A DNA stretch of 64,000 bases from NCBI RefSeq assembly GCF_001194135.2, contig NC_068985.1, forward strand, positions 53,769,903-53,833,902. Direction: 5' to 3'. Every line of letters starts with the position of its first letter. The stretch's first letter is position 1. Both the position numbers and the translations under genes were made by a program. A model generated the notes under the pieces. That model ran no database searches and was not told where the DNA came from. It worked only from the letters and a program-made list of their open reading frames with translations. This DNA is from Octopus bimaculoides (taxonomy: Eukaryota). Below, piece by piece: positions 34,026-47,340 of this stretch.

Positions 34026-35600
34026 TAGTTTTATTTTCATAACGTGCTTTCACTTCACTACCGAGCGCAGCTCTGTGCGCCTTGGGTATGTGCTGTGGTT
34101 TGCTGTGGTGCTCTTATGGTTACTGTATTGAAAGTGTTTTGCGTAGGATGTGTGCAGTGCCCACTAGTGCAATTTTCTGTATGTTATATATATTTGTAAG
34201 TCCTGGTGTTTTTGTTATGTATTTGTCTGAATATTTTTTTATTATACCTAAGGGTGCCTTAGGTATGATAGGAATTGTTTCTGTTTTTCGATTCCACATT
34301 CGAGTTACCTCTATTTCCAGGTCTTTGTATTTTGAAAGTTTTTCCATTTCTTTTAGAGAAACGTTGTCATCTGCTGGTATTGATACATCAATTGAAAAGC
34401 ATTTTTTTCTTCATGATCTTTGACAACTATATCTGGTCTATTTGCCTATTATTATTATTATCATCATTATTGCCCTCTCCCGCAAAGTTCCAGGCTTTGT
34501 GCTTATAATAGAAAGGATTATTATGAATATAATTAAAAGGGCGGTGAGTTGGCCGAATCATTACTACGCCGAGCAAAATGCTTAGCAGCATTTCATACGT
34601 CTTTAAGTTCTGAGTTCAAATTCCGCTGCTGTCGACTTTGCTTTTCATTCTTTCGGGGTCGATGAAATAAGTACCAGTTGAACACTGGAGTCAGTGTAAT
34701 CGACTCATCCCCTCTCCCAAAATGTCTGCCCTTGTGGCAAAATTTGAAACCGTTATTATAATTATTGAGAAGGTGGCGAGCTGGGAGAATTGTTAGCACG
34801 CCAGACGAAATACTTAGCGGTATTCCGCCGAGGTCGACTTTGCCTTTCCTCCTTTCGGGATAGATAAATTAAGTGTCTGTAAAACACTGAGGTCGATGTA
34901 ACTGACTAGTCCCCTCGCCCAAAATTTCAGGCCTTATGCCTTTAGTAAAAAGGATTATTATTATCATTATTATTATTATTATTATTATTATTAAGATGTC
35001 ACTTGATTGATAGCATTCTCCGCAGTATGTGAGCTGTTCTTAGTCTTATGATTTTCTGGACCACATAAATACTGATGTTGCTCGGGGACACGGTTGTTAA
35101 GTGACATCTTACCTATAGCGTCTCAAGCCCACTTTTGGACTGACCTCTACGAATATGAAGCAGGAAGTACAAAAGAACATCGACAATAACAATAAGAATA
35201 AAACAAGGCCAGCAACTTCAGGAGAGGAGTAAAGTAGATTACATCGGCTCCAGTGCTCAAATGGTACTTATTTTATCGACCCCGAAATGAAGAAAGTCAA
35301 ACTCAACCTCGACGGAATTTGAACTCAGAATTTAAAGACGGACGAAATACCGCTAAGCATTTCATCCGGTGTGCTAACGATTCCGCCAGCTCGCCGCCCT
35401 TAGTAATAACAATTTTCCGATTTTAGTACAGAGTCAACAGTTTCGAGGTGTGGGGGAGAGTCGATTACATCTACACCGGTACTTGACTGGTAATTTATCG
35501 ATACCAAAAGGATGAAAGGTAAAGTTTACCTCGGTGAGATTTGAGCTCAGAACGTATTGTACCGGAAGAACACTGCAAGGTATTTTTCAGACACCAACGA
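33780..35600. mobile_element. stack of ~5 TAA-associated SINE copies around an R4/Dong fragment
   Basis: + copies at ~33780, 34540 and 34772; - copies at ~35215 and 35415. Separated mostly by (ATT)n/(AAT)n. Confidence 0.8.
34022..34445 (-). mobile_element. 5'-truncated R4/Dong-like LINE 3' end (RLE domain)
   Basis: EKLSKYKDLEIEVTRMWN..TETIPII...LGII...IQKIALVGTAHILRKTLS*, flanked by (TAA)n on both sides. Same family as 59581-59990. Confidence 0.85.
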
Positions 35601-35671
35601 TTGCGCCATTTCACTTCCTTAATAATATTTGCCTCAGGGATATCGGATGAAGTGAACATTACAAAGCCAGC

Positions 35672-35733
<62 letters not shown>

Positions 35734-35874
35734 TGAATCTCCAGTATTTTTGCTCTTTTATATTTTTACANNNNNNNNNNNNNNNNNNNNNNNNNNNNNN
35801 NNNNNNNNNNNNNNNNNNNNNNNNNNNNNNNNNNNNNNNNNNNNNNNNNNNNNNNNNNNNNNNNNNNNNNNNNN

Positions 35875-35908
<34 letters not shown>

Positions 35909-37085
35909 TTTTCTTTTTTCTCTTTTTCTTATTTCCAGAGTATGTTTATAATTACAATTATTTACTATCTTCGTTATGGACATTTAATAACAATGACAAC
36001 TGTAGCAATGCTTCATTACCTAACTCGAACGGACAAATAACAGCAGGATCGCTCAAATTCAAGATCTTTAACGAGACACCACTTTATGTATGAATGTACC
36101 TGATGTGACCCAGACTGCAAAATGGCTGCAATACAACATGATACATAGAACCTCACCCATAAGGAATAATAGCAGGATGGGTAGAGACGATCGTCATGCA
36201 AAATAAAGACTACCATCAAATCCATCTTCTGTTTACTTAATCAATTATTATTATTTCAACTAACACTGCGGAATTCCTGAAGTAGATCCAACGGAAATAT
36301 ACCCCAACTGCGGATGACACCAAGTAGCCCAAACCGTGCCAGTGTTTTACTCAACATATCAACACACTAATCGACATATACCCATTAGTCCAAAATATTA
36401 TATATATATATATATACACANNNNNNNNNNNNNNNNNNNNNNNNNNNNNNNNNNNNNNNNNNNNNNNNNNNNNNNNNNNNNNNNNNNNNNNNNNNNNNNN
36501 NNNNNNNNNNNNNNNNNNNNNNNNNNNNNNNNNNNNNNNNNNNNNNNNNNNNNNNNNNNNNNNNNNNNNNNNNNNNNNNNNNNNNNNNNNNNNNNNNNNN
36601 NNNNNNNNNNNNNNNNNNNNNNNNNNNNNNNNNNNNNNNNNNNNNNNNNNNNNNNNNNNNNNNNNNNNNNNNNNNNNNNNNNNNNNNNNNNNNNNNNNNN
36701 NNNNNNNNNNNNNNNNNNNNNNNNNNNNNNNNNNNNNNNNNNNNNNNNNNNNNNNNNNNNNNNNNNNNNNNNNNNNNNNNNNNNNNNNNNNNNNNNNNNN
36801 NNNNNNNNNNNNNNNNNNNNNNNNNNNNNNNNNNNNNNNNNNNNNNNNNNNNNNNNNNNNNNNNNNNNNNNNNNNNNNNNNNNNNNNNNNNNNNNNNNNN
36901 NNNNNNNNNNNNNNNNNNNNNNNNNNNNNNNNNNNNNNNNNNNNNNNNNNNNNNNNNNNNNNNNNNNNNNNNNNNNNNNNNNNNNNNNNNNNNTTAAACG
37001 TATATATGTATGTTCATCTATACGTATATATATTTACATACATACATATTTACATATATACATACATATATACACACACACACAC

Positions 37086-37116
<31 letters not shown>

Positions 37117-38134
37117 TATATATATACACACATATACACACACATATATATACATACGCACACATACACACACATATATATACATACGCACACATATAAA
37201 CACATACGCACAAATATACACATATACGCACACATATATACACACATACGCACAAATATACATATATACACACACATACATATATATACACACACATACA
37301 TATATATATATATATACACATACATATACATATATATATACACACACACACTAAATATATATATAAGCATATTAAAAGGGGTCCTTGAGAAAACTCATTT
37401 AAATAAACGAGTTGTGAATAGGTTGGGAATTACGGTAGACGAAGAAACGGTGCTAGATTTAAAATACGATAGAATATTGGTAAAAGGTGGTACTGATGGC
37501 TTTTCGTATCAATGTTTACGTGAGTGTGCCAGGTTGCTATATAACTAATTGTAGTGGAGGTTTGAATCGCATGATGATTTGGCGCAACATAAATGACAGC
37601 TTCCCATTAATATGAGAACGAGATGTCATTCGTTTGTGTGTGTTTTTTTTAAATTATATATCATTTTATTATATTCTGCATCACACATACTAGACTGTTG
37701 CCCCTTATATGATGGAAATTCTTGAGGTATTATTTTGTCACCATGAGTAGTATCAGGAAATATGGCATACATGCAACAATTATAATTTGACCCAATTTCT
37801 TACTACTATTAGAAAATGATGCAATAAATACTAAAATTTCAAAAGAAAAATATTGATTATTTCAAAATAAAATTGAATAAAATATATTTCTCATTTGTAT
37901 ATTTGCACTACATATGTTATTTTGCCAGCATTTTATCAACATAATTACCATCAACATCCTCGGAAACATATCCCTGCAAAATCTCATTGAAAATGTATAT
38001 TATTCATAAAGATGTCACTGCCAACCTCCAAGCCTCGTATGTATACTCATTCTGTGCCTTTTATGCTAACTTTTTTTTATATACTATGTGAAACACAACT
38101 GGAGAATCAACCAACCAATATTTATATCGGCTCG

Positions 38135-38221
<87 letters not shown>

Positions 38222-38950
38222 TTAAGATGCATCTTGCGAATGCTCTAGGCTGCCTCATCAGTGATGTTTCTGGAGTCTCAGGGGAATTCATGTCTTTCAA
38301 CATCAGATCCCACTCGCCCAGTTGACTCAGCCGGGTTGGATTAAGTCCCAGCTTACATTCCACTAGCAGCGAATCACTGGCCTGCCCTCTTTATCCAAAG
38401 CCACCCAGTGGCCTTCTTTAATACTTCAGTGAGAAAATTCATAGCCCTCCTTTTTGCTGCACCAGTACCTACAAACCCAATCAGAACTTTCAAGAATGAA
38501 AGCCCCACAAAACCTCGAAAGCTCACTTCTGCTGCCTCAGAACGTGCTTGCAAGCCCCTGTTTCTGCATTGCTCTTCCAGCTCCTGGTATTTGGCAAGCT
38601 TTCCCCATGTGTTCCTCCCAGGGCATAGTGAGTTCCCACATGATAACTTGTTTGGTGGAATTTGAGAAAAACACTATGTCTGGGTTGAGTGTTGTTAGTA
38701 CTATGTGATCTGACGACTTTACCCGTCCAGCGAGATTCACTTTCAGCTGTCAGTCTGGGGCTGCGGAAATTAAGCATCATACTCGTTGAAGTTTGAACTG
38801 GACTTTGAGAGTCATCACTTCTCTCCGGCTTTGGGAAAAGTGATGGTTTGTTTCTTAGAATGGTATTTACCGGATTGAATAGCCGTCAATGTCACATCGG
38901 CAATCGCCAGTGATAGCGGCCATCAGCTAAACCTTTGTGGTAGCTTTGAG
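38222..38950 (-). mobile_element. Hero/NeSL-type RLE non-LTR retrotransposon 3' fragment
   Basis: TTLNPDIVFFSNSTKQVIMWELTMPWEE, then LAKYQELEEQCRNRG.QAR...EVSFRGF...WLWIKR across a frameshift. Ends at a (CA)n tract. Confidence 0.8.
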
Positions 38951-39049
38951 GTGGTGCTGAATGAATCTCTTCATTTGTGACGTTTTAACTCCTTCCATAT
39001 CTTTCCTATTATTCATTCTCTTGTCATTTGTAACACTTTTGCGTGTTTT

Positions 39050-39104
<55 letters not shown>

Positions 39105-39583
39105 TGGGCCTTAGTGACAACTATAATCAAGGAATTATCATCATTAACCATACCATTATTACAAGTATTATTGCATCACTGAAGATTAGGTTTTAGGAAT
39201 CTGCTTACGTCATCACATCCCTGACAAATGTTTCAACTGACTAATTATAGCAGTTTCATATACTTAATACCATTGACTTTAAACATTAATCGAGAGCGAT
39301 CAACTATCAAAAACGATAATCCAAGTTAATAATCGCAATTTAACAATTCATATCTGACCAGTAAATATTTACGGAGAGAAATTCAATACAAGATAACATT
39401 CACCCACCACTTTCATTAAATTATTCAGATTCACTTGATATATGTTATTCAGTTATACAATATCTTCATATTATATTATATTCTTAGCATATAGTAAAAA
39501 GTCATTAGAGCATTGTCTTATCATCTGAAAGGTAAACATTCTGTATGTCACTAGTGATTGATTCTACGCTTTTATTCTCTTAA

Positions 39584-39737
39584 TTCTCGCGAGATCAGAC
39601 CATTACGACGCATGATTTTCACAAGACCAGTCTATACGGCATCTCATTCTCATGATATCAACCCATTCCGCCTCAGATTCTCACGAGATCAGTCCATTAC
39701 GACACCTTACTCTCGTGGAATAAGTCCATTACGCTGC
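39584..39737. repeat. five degenerate ~31-bp tandem units (TTCTCACGAGATCAGTCCATTACG...)
   Basis: Units begin TTCTCGCGAG, TTTCACAAG, TTCTCATGAT, TTCTCACGAG and CTCTCGTGG. Confidence 0.7.
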
Positions 39738-42700
39738 AAAGTATGACTTGGAGCCCTAAGATCTATAAGGCCGAAGCTTCACCCGGTCTCCGTGGTATAG
39801 AATTGACTGAGATTACAATACTATTCTCTGAAAGGGCCGCCGGTTCGTCTCCCATCTATTATTGAAACTCCTTTACAGTTAAGTGAACTGGAGCAACGTG
39901 AAATGCAGTGTTTTGCTCCAGAACACAATGCATTGCCCGATCCAGGAATCGAAACAACGATCTTACGACCGTGAGAGCAACACGCTTATCACTAGGTCAC
40001 GTACTTTCATTGTTCAATATTACTATCCAAAACATATAGCTTACAGATGGATAAAATAGGTGCCATGTAGGGGCATCATGTGGTAACCTTTAACTAGCAC
40101 CATATATGCGGTTGGAAGAAGTGTTCAAACGTTGGACACAATATCGCGAGACGTTTATTTAGTTCAAATCCCATTGCAGCTGCATTTCCCTTTCATCTTT
40201 TCGGGGTCGATTAAATAAAGTAGCAGTCAAATCCAAATATTAGGTTGATTCAATCAACAAACAGCATTGACTTCTCGACTCGTTCAAACAGAATTCTATG
40301 GTTGAGAATCCTGAGAGAATCTCCTTAGTGTTCCTTGTATATTAAAGATGATTAATTACCCGCAACAGTCACAGTATTTCAATGAGGATCAGGATTCGGA
40401 AAGACATTGCGATACAAATCGTATAATTAATGGGATGTGATTTGCCCATCATTCATGTATACATATATAAGTTGCCATGGGAAGTAGAAGAATGTAGTGA
40501 TACACACAACGCAGCTGTGAAAGAGGGCAAACACAACTGATGTGTGATCGGGCAGATTACTGAGATGGGTTCAATCAAATATTTATTTCTATTGTTTACT
40601 AGAAACAGATGGAAAAATTAACAGTCTTGTAGCTAATACAAAAAGGACAATAGCGCTAGTATGTCGGAAAAAGCGATATATTAATAGTATCGTTAATGTT
40701 TTGGACCTTTAACTGGTGTAAATGGCTAAGGAAAAACGAGAAAAGAAACATAGGCAACGTATATTGTATACATATTATTTATATACAATGGTATGGTAGA
40801 GCTGGCATTTGAATTTATGATGCCAACCTGTGTATTTTTATCTGTAATCTCAACCTCTAGCCTACGAAGAAGTCTCTATTAACTTGACCGATCTATTAGA
40901 AATAGAACATTCAAATTTTGTAAATCCCACCCAAAAGTTTTAAAAGAAAGAAATGAACATTCGTACAGTCTTAGTTACGCTGTTTCTGAATAAAATATAG
41001 GATGACCACAGGTGAAATACCTTTAGTTATTAGGTTTACTAAATCATAGATTTAATAAACTCTAAATGTCTGATACATTCAAATGTGGTACATATCACAA
41101 GGGTGAACTGAATCTTTACAGTTTCGTTTGCACCGTCCAATTTTGTTCAAATTTTCTATTCTGTAGTAGTTTTGCATGTTAATAGCGAAAATCGCTTTAA
41201 TGATTAAGTAAACGTTTACAAAGCCAATCGAAAGTTTCCATAATCAACAAATATTTTTTAGACATAAAAAGAATTTAATAAAAGAAAATTTAAAATATCA
41301 CGGAACCCTCTGAAGATGGGAAAAAAGGTTTAGTGAAATAAAATGAAAAAGTTATATAACCTTCGAATATGAAAGGGGAAAAGTAATGAAAACTTCCAAA
41401 ATGAAAGATAGAAAACAAGAAGACAGTGGCAGTGAAATTCTGCTATGTATTCAGTTTTTGCAAGAAGTCACCGAATTCTTAAGGACCATAACCCTAGCTC
41501 TAAATCTTAAACTTAAACCCTAGCCCTACGGCTTGCACTAGTTCAAACATCTGGCTATGGAAACAGACAAATGCGACTTTCGGTACGTCAATGATGAAAG
41601 TTTCCTATTGGCTAAAATTTCAAACTTTAATAGATTAGTAATGTCTTTATTAATTTCCATTAAAAACTAGTATGATTTTCGTCATTAACGTGCAAAACTA
41701 TATCTGAGTAGAAAATTGGAATAACCCCGAACGGTACTAAACAAAACTATAAAGATTCTGTGAATTTACAAATTAAGTTGTGTATATCTTGAAAGTTCTA
41801 TTAGCTGCAGTCAGTCAGCTATCATCAATCGATGCAGTAGATTTCTCTTCCGGGAGAAAATGTTGGTTGAGGTTATTGTTCAAAGATATAATTATACTTA
41901 AAATCTGACGTTTACATTTGCACACGCATCAAAAATATAGGAGGATTAACTCAATTTCACGGAGCTCACTGCCTTCTTCTCGAACTTCACATATGCAGTT
42001 ACCAATATCACGCAACCTGGACACCTCACACTAGTCATATGCACTAGTTTTAACAATCAGAGACCTTGAAGATGTCTTCCAATAGTGATATAACAACTAA
42101 TCTAATCTCTTTCAACAGCGCTTACACAGAATATAAATGAAACAACTTAATACCCTCTCTCCATCTCTTTTTATCTAACTTCCTCTCTCTCTCTCTACAC
42201 ACACACACACACATTAACACACAACTAAAACTCCCTGAAAACCCTAACGGTTATCTAAAATACTCGGCCTTACAGGCGATGATGATCTTACATGACAATC
42301 TTGTATGTGTAGCATTAATACCACATACCAAAGACATTCAGGTTTAGAAAGTACATCCCAATTATTTACTGACATTTTATAAGGGAAAATATAATCACAC
42401 TAGAAAACTGCTTATATTTATAAGAAAGTAATTCTACTGTTATATACACACAGACATCACTGTCTATATGTACCAGAAAGCCAGCCGACCGATAGGTGAT
42501 CAACATACTTCAATACCGATTTCCCGAAACCTGTCTCTAAAGCCTTTCCAGATTACTGATTTTTCCGAGCGAGAGGTGGTCACCTTGCTCAACACACTCT
42601 AAATTAAACAATTACTACATTTACTTGATTATATGGAATACAAGTGTATGTACATTAGTATAAATTATAGAAGTTAATTAATACTGAATTGAGCAATATA

Positions 42701-44095
42701 TTGTGAAACGGGGTCGCCTAGTAAACTATTCTAGCGGCCCCAGGAATTTGAAGCTCCTGCTCCTAAATTATTGCGGATTAAAAGAGGTTCCAGTCAACCC
42801 GTGTCGGGAGAGTTGTTGTAAAACCACTGGCTCAGCGATAGACTGTTTATTCTATATCCTCCTTCTCCCGCTACTACCACGGTCACTGTTCCTCTATCTA
42901 TATAACTCATTACTCAAACATTCCCATGCGATATGCTCGTCTCAGTGAAGGAACGGCGCTCAGTGGTTACGATATTCGACTCATGATCATAAGTTCAATT
43001 CCTGATGATGTGTTGTGTCATTGAGCAAAACACTTAATTTTTTCACGTTGCTCCAGTCCACTCAGCTGGCAAAAAGAGTTGTACATATAACTCAATGGGC
43101 AGGCTGATTTAGAGACCAGCTTTTCTCTTTTGGAAAGAAATTTGTAAAATATAACCAGAATAATATACACATATTAACATATACAGGAAGCTATATTATT
43201 TTATCGAAGTGAAATAATTATATTATCTTTATGTCTTTGGTTAAGCTTGCTGTCTTTTAATCATAGAGTCCTTAACATTTGTATGTAGCTGTTATTTCCA
43301 TCTATTTGGATGTCATCAGTATGATGTGGTTTGGAATCTAGCGTCTATTAAACATTGCATACAATTAAATTTTTTAACTTTACAAAAGAAAGGGACATAA
43401 GAAAATTATATAATGAAGTCATTTCTGTTCATAATTCATTAACAGTGTAAAAAGAGAGAGGAAGAGAGAAATAGAGAAAGAAGTAAACTTAGTATGAAAT
43501 TTACTTATTCAGAACAATCCAACTCATGACTAAGTAGTGTNNNNNNNNNNNNNNNNNNNNNNNNNNNNNNNNNNNNNNNNNNNNNNNNNNNNNNNNNNNN
43601 NNNNNNNNNNNNNNNNNNNNNNNNNNNNNNNNNNNNNNNNNNNNNNNNNNNNNNNNNNNNNNNNNNNNNNNNNNNNNNNNNNNNNNNNNNNNNNNNNNNN
43701 NNNNNNNNNNNNNNNNNNNNNNNNNNNNNNNNNNNNNNNNNNNNNNNNNNNNNNNNNNNNNNNNNNNNNNNNNNNNNNNNNNNNNNNNNNNNNNNNNNNN
43801 NNNNNNNNNNNNNNNNNNNNNNNNNNNNNNNNNNNNNNNNNNNNNNNNNNNNNNNNNNNNNNNNNNNNNNNNNNNNNNNNNNNNNNNNNNNNNNNNNNNN
43901 NNNNNNNNNNNNNNNNNNNNNNNNNNNNNNNNNNNNNNNNNNNNNNNNNNNNNNNNNNNNNNNNNNNNNNNNNNNNNNNNNNNNNNNNNNNNNNNNNNNN
44001 NNNNNNNNNNNNNNNNNNNNNNNNNNNNNNGTAAGCTCGACGCTCTAACCACTGAGCCATGCGCCTTCACACACACACACCCACATATATATATG

Positions 44096-44154
<59 letters not shown>

Positions 44155-44766
44155 TGAATATTTGCTCTGTAAACAAACACACAAGCTGAACAAATAAAGC
44201 CTGTATATTTTATTAGAAGTAGAAGCTTCAGGAATCGTAACTAAGTTTCACCTTACCGATCAATCAAACGACTTAATCACGTTACTGCATATTCAACCGC
44301 TTGAATAACCGACAATATGAAACAGATGAACAATTCAAGAAAGCTTCTAAAATCATTTAATTGTTATATAAATTTGTTTAAAAAACAAAACAGGGAGAAC
44401 CACAATTTCATACAAAAATATTACATAAAATTGAGCAAGCATATTTCTTTATTGAAATAGTAAGTCGTATAAGACTAAGCCAGTTTAGAATTCGTTATAA
44501 TATACCACCATTTTGGAGTGTCCGCTTGATTATGTGCGCTGCACTTATGTGCATGTGTAAATTACATTTATAGTAATATATATTACCGAATACTGAAACA
44601 TTTAACCGACGTAACAAAGGAATACCAAGTTCAAGCCCATGTTGTTTTCTCTCGTTATTGATGCGTTCTTTATATGACGCTCTAACCTTCCTCACACCTT
44701 ATGGAACCCTGTCTGATCATGCCCCGGTGGGAGCCTCACATGATTAACAGTAAGAGCTGAAACTTG

Positions 44767-44823
44767 AACGGTAAAATTGTCGCGTACCATCCACACACAC
44801 TGTGTATATGGAGAGAGAGAGAA

Positions 44824-44874
<51 letters not shown>

Positions 44875-45195
44875 ATAGGTAGAAGAGGGAACGTGAGTAA
44901 GAGAGAGAAAGAGAGGGAGGTACAGGGATAGATAGATAGATAGATTGTTTGTTGGCACTCCGTCGATTACGACGTCGAGGGTTCCAGTTGATCCGATCAA
45001 CGGAACGGTAAAATTGTCGCGTACCATCCAGACACACTGTGTATATGGAGAGAGAGAGAAAGCGAGAGAGAGAGAGAATAGGTAGAAGAGGGAACGTGAG
45101 TAAGAGAGAGAAAGAGAGGGAGGTACAGGGATAGATGGATAGATAGATTGTTTGTTGGCCCTCCGTCGATTACGACGTCGATCCGATCAACGGAA
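44767..45195. repeat. local tandem duplication (~240/190 bp) including a SINE tail
   Basis: AACGGTAAAATTGTCGCGTACCATCCA...GATTACGACGTCGA occurs twice in tandem. Confidence 0.85.
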
Positions 45196-45545
45196 CAGCC
45201 TGCTCGTGAAATTAACGTGCAAGTGGCTGAGCACTCCACAGACACGTGTACCCTTAACGTAGTTCTCGGGGATATTCAGCGTGACACAGTGTGACAAGGC
45301 TGACCCTTTGAATTACAGGCGCAACAGAAACTCAGGAAGTAAGGAGTGAGAGAAAGTTGTGGTGAGAGAAAGTTGTGGTGAGAGAAAGTTGTACAGCAGG
45401 GTTCGCTACCATCCCCTGCCGGAGCCTCGTGGAGCTTTAGGTGTTTTCGTTCAATAAACACTTACAACGCCCGGTCTGGGAATTGAAACCGCGATCCTAT
45501 GACCGCGAGTCCGCTGCCCTAACCACTGGGCCATTGCGCCTCCAC
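45140..45545 (-). mobile_element. tRNA-derived SINE, near full length
   Basis: Head GGAGGCGCAATGGCCCAGTGGTTAGGG...GTTTCAATTCC on the minus strand, with an internal 16-bp GAGAAAGTTGTGGTGA repeat. Confidence 0.85.
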
Positions 45546-47295
45546 CGAGATACATACATACATACATACATACATGTATGCACACAAGGAATAAAGCGAA
45601 TCAGTTTAATGTTATGCGTTCATTTTTATGCATGTTTCTTTTTCCTCTTTTCTCGTCATTTTCCCATCTTTTTTTAAATAACAACAAATACCTGCCGTAC
45701 GTTGCAGGTAGCAAGCCCGCTTCTTGTGTGTGACTCTAGAAGTTCCAACAAAAAAAAATAAAAGAGTTAAAATAATAATAACAAATAACTATTAAAGTCA
45801 ACGATCGATTATTATCGCAATTAAAGAGCTTAGAGACAAAACAACAGTATAAACATAGAGATTATCACTACTCTATTATGTCACGTCATTGCACACGATT
45901 TAACCGATTATTACAAGCAGTTTAAGAGATTTGGTTGGAGTTTAATTGGATTTCAGTGAACTTCTCGACATGAGAGAGCTGACTATATACATATAACATT
46001 AAAACACGATTATTATTGTTGTTGTTATTATTATTATCATTAATATTATTATTATTATTATCATCACATCGAAATATGTCATGGCAGATACGCACTATCA
46101 CTGATCTGCTTTGTGTTGATTCTGGCGATGGTAAGGTTTGGGTGGTGGTTGTCATAAGGTGGCGACTGTTTTAGACGATGTTTGTAGCTGTCACGGTCGT
46201 AGTGGTGGAAGTGATGGCGGTAAGTTGTTTGTGAACGATGATGATGATGATAATGGAGGTGATAGATAAAGCAACATTCCCCACCCCCAATATAAAGAAC
46301 TACAGACACTAAATTAGTCATAACTGTAGCTTCCCAAAATTACATCTGACTCTCCAAAGAACATACCCCACAAATCTCATTAGTTTAGCTAAAATATATA
46401 TCACAAATTTTATGGTTAAACATTTATATGAAGTTCTCAATACAATCCACGACCAATATGGATACATATATACATATACAAGCATTGATCATGCAAGCAG
46501 TAAACGCGGTGATCATTGCTTTTGCTTGCCATAGTAAAGATTTACTAAAAGGATTATGTCTGCACCTTGTGTAATACATCAAAGTTTCAGGCAACGAATA
46601 TCTTAACAGTTAAAAGTAAACTGTCGGTGGACCAACAATGCTAGCTGATTAAAACCGCTTCACTTATATCATTAATAAAGAGAGAAAGGGCATGAACGTA
46701 AAAATCCTAACATGTCCTTTTTATATATCCTCTTCTCTTTCACATTTGTCATTGTAATTGTTTTCATCTGGTACTTATTGTATCGATTCTCTTTTGCCGA
46801 ACCGCTAATTAAAAACCAATACCGGTTACCAAGCGGTGAAGGACTTCCACACAGTTTCTGTCAACTAAATATACTAACAGATCATTGGTCAACCTTCTTG
46901 CTCACAGTGATACTGAACCAGAAACCACCCGATTGTAAAGCGAGTTTTTTAACCACACGCTTATGCCTGCGCCTTTTTATAGAGAAATTAATATATTGTT
47001 AGAATATCTATAATCTTATACTTGTTCCAGATATTGGACTGCGACCATGCTGGGTCACCACCTTAAAGGAATTTAGTCAAACGAATCGACCCTAGCACTT
47101 ATTTTTATTTAAAGCGTGGTACTTATTTTAACGGTCTATTTTGCCGAATCGCTAAGTTACGGATACGTAAACACACCAACACTGGTTCATATTAAACACA
47201 CACACACACACACACATATATCGAGCGTTAAGCTAATACATCAATTTGTTGTTTACACCACCTGTCTTCGTCTGTTGTTTTTTTCGTAAATTCTC

Positions 47296-47340
<45 letters not shown>

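Noticed and set aside
37006-37548. 180-aa His/Thr/Tyr-rich ORF
   Set aside because: Compound (TA/CA/TACA)n microsatellite.
39584-39737. CRISPR-like periodicity (also 4657-4713 and 6385-6456)
   Set aside because: The units are contiguous with no unique spacers, there are no cas genes, and the context is eukaryotic.
46040-46280. His- or Val/Gly-rich short ORFs
   Set aside because: Cryptic (GAT/GGT)n simple sequence.
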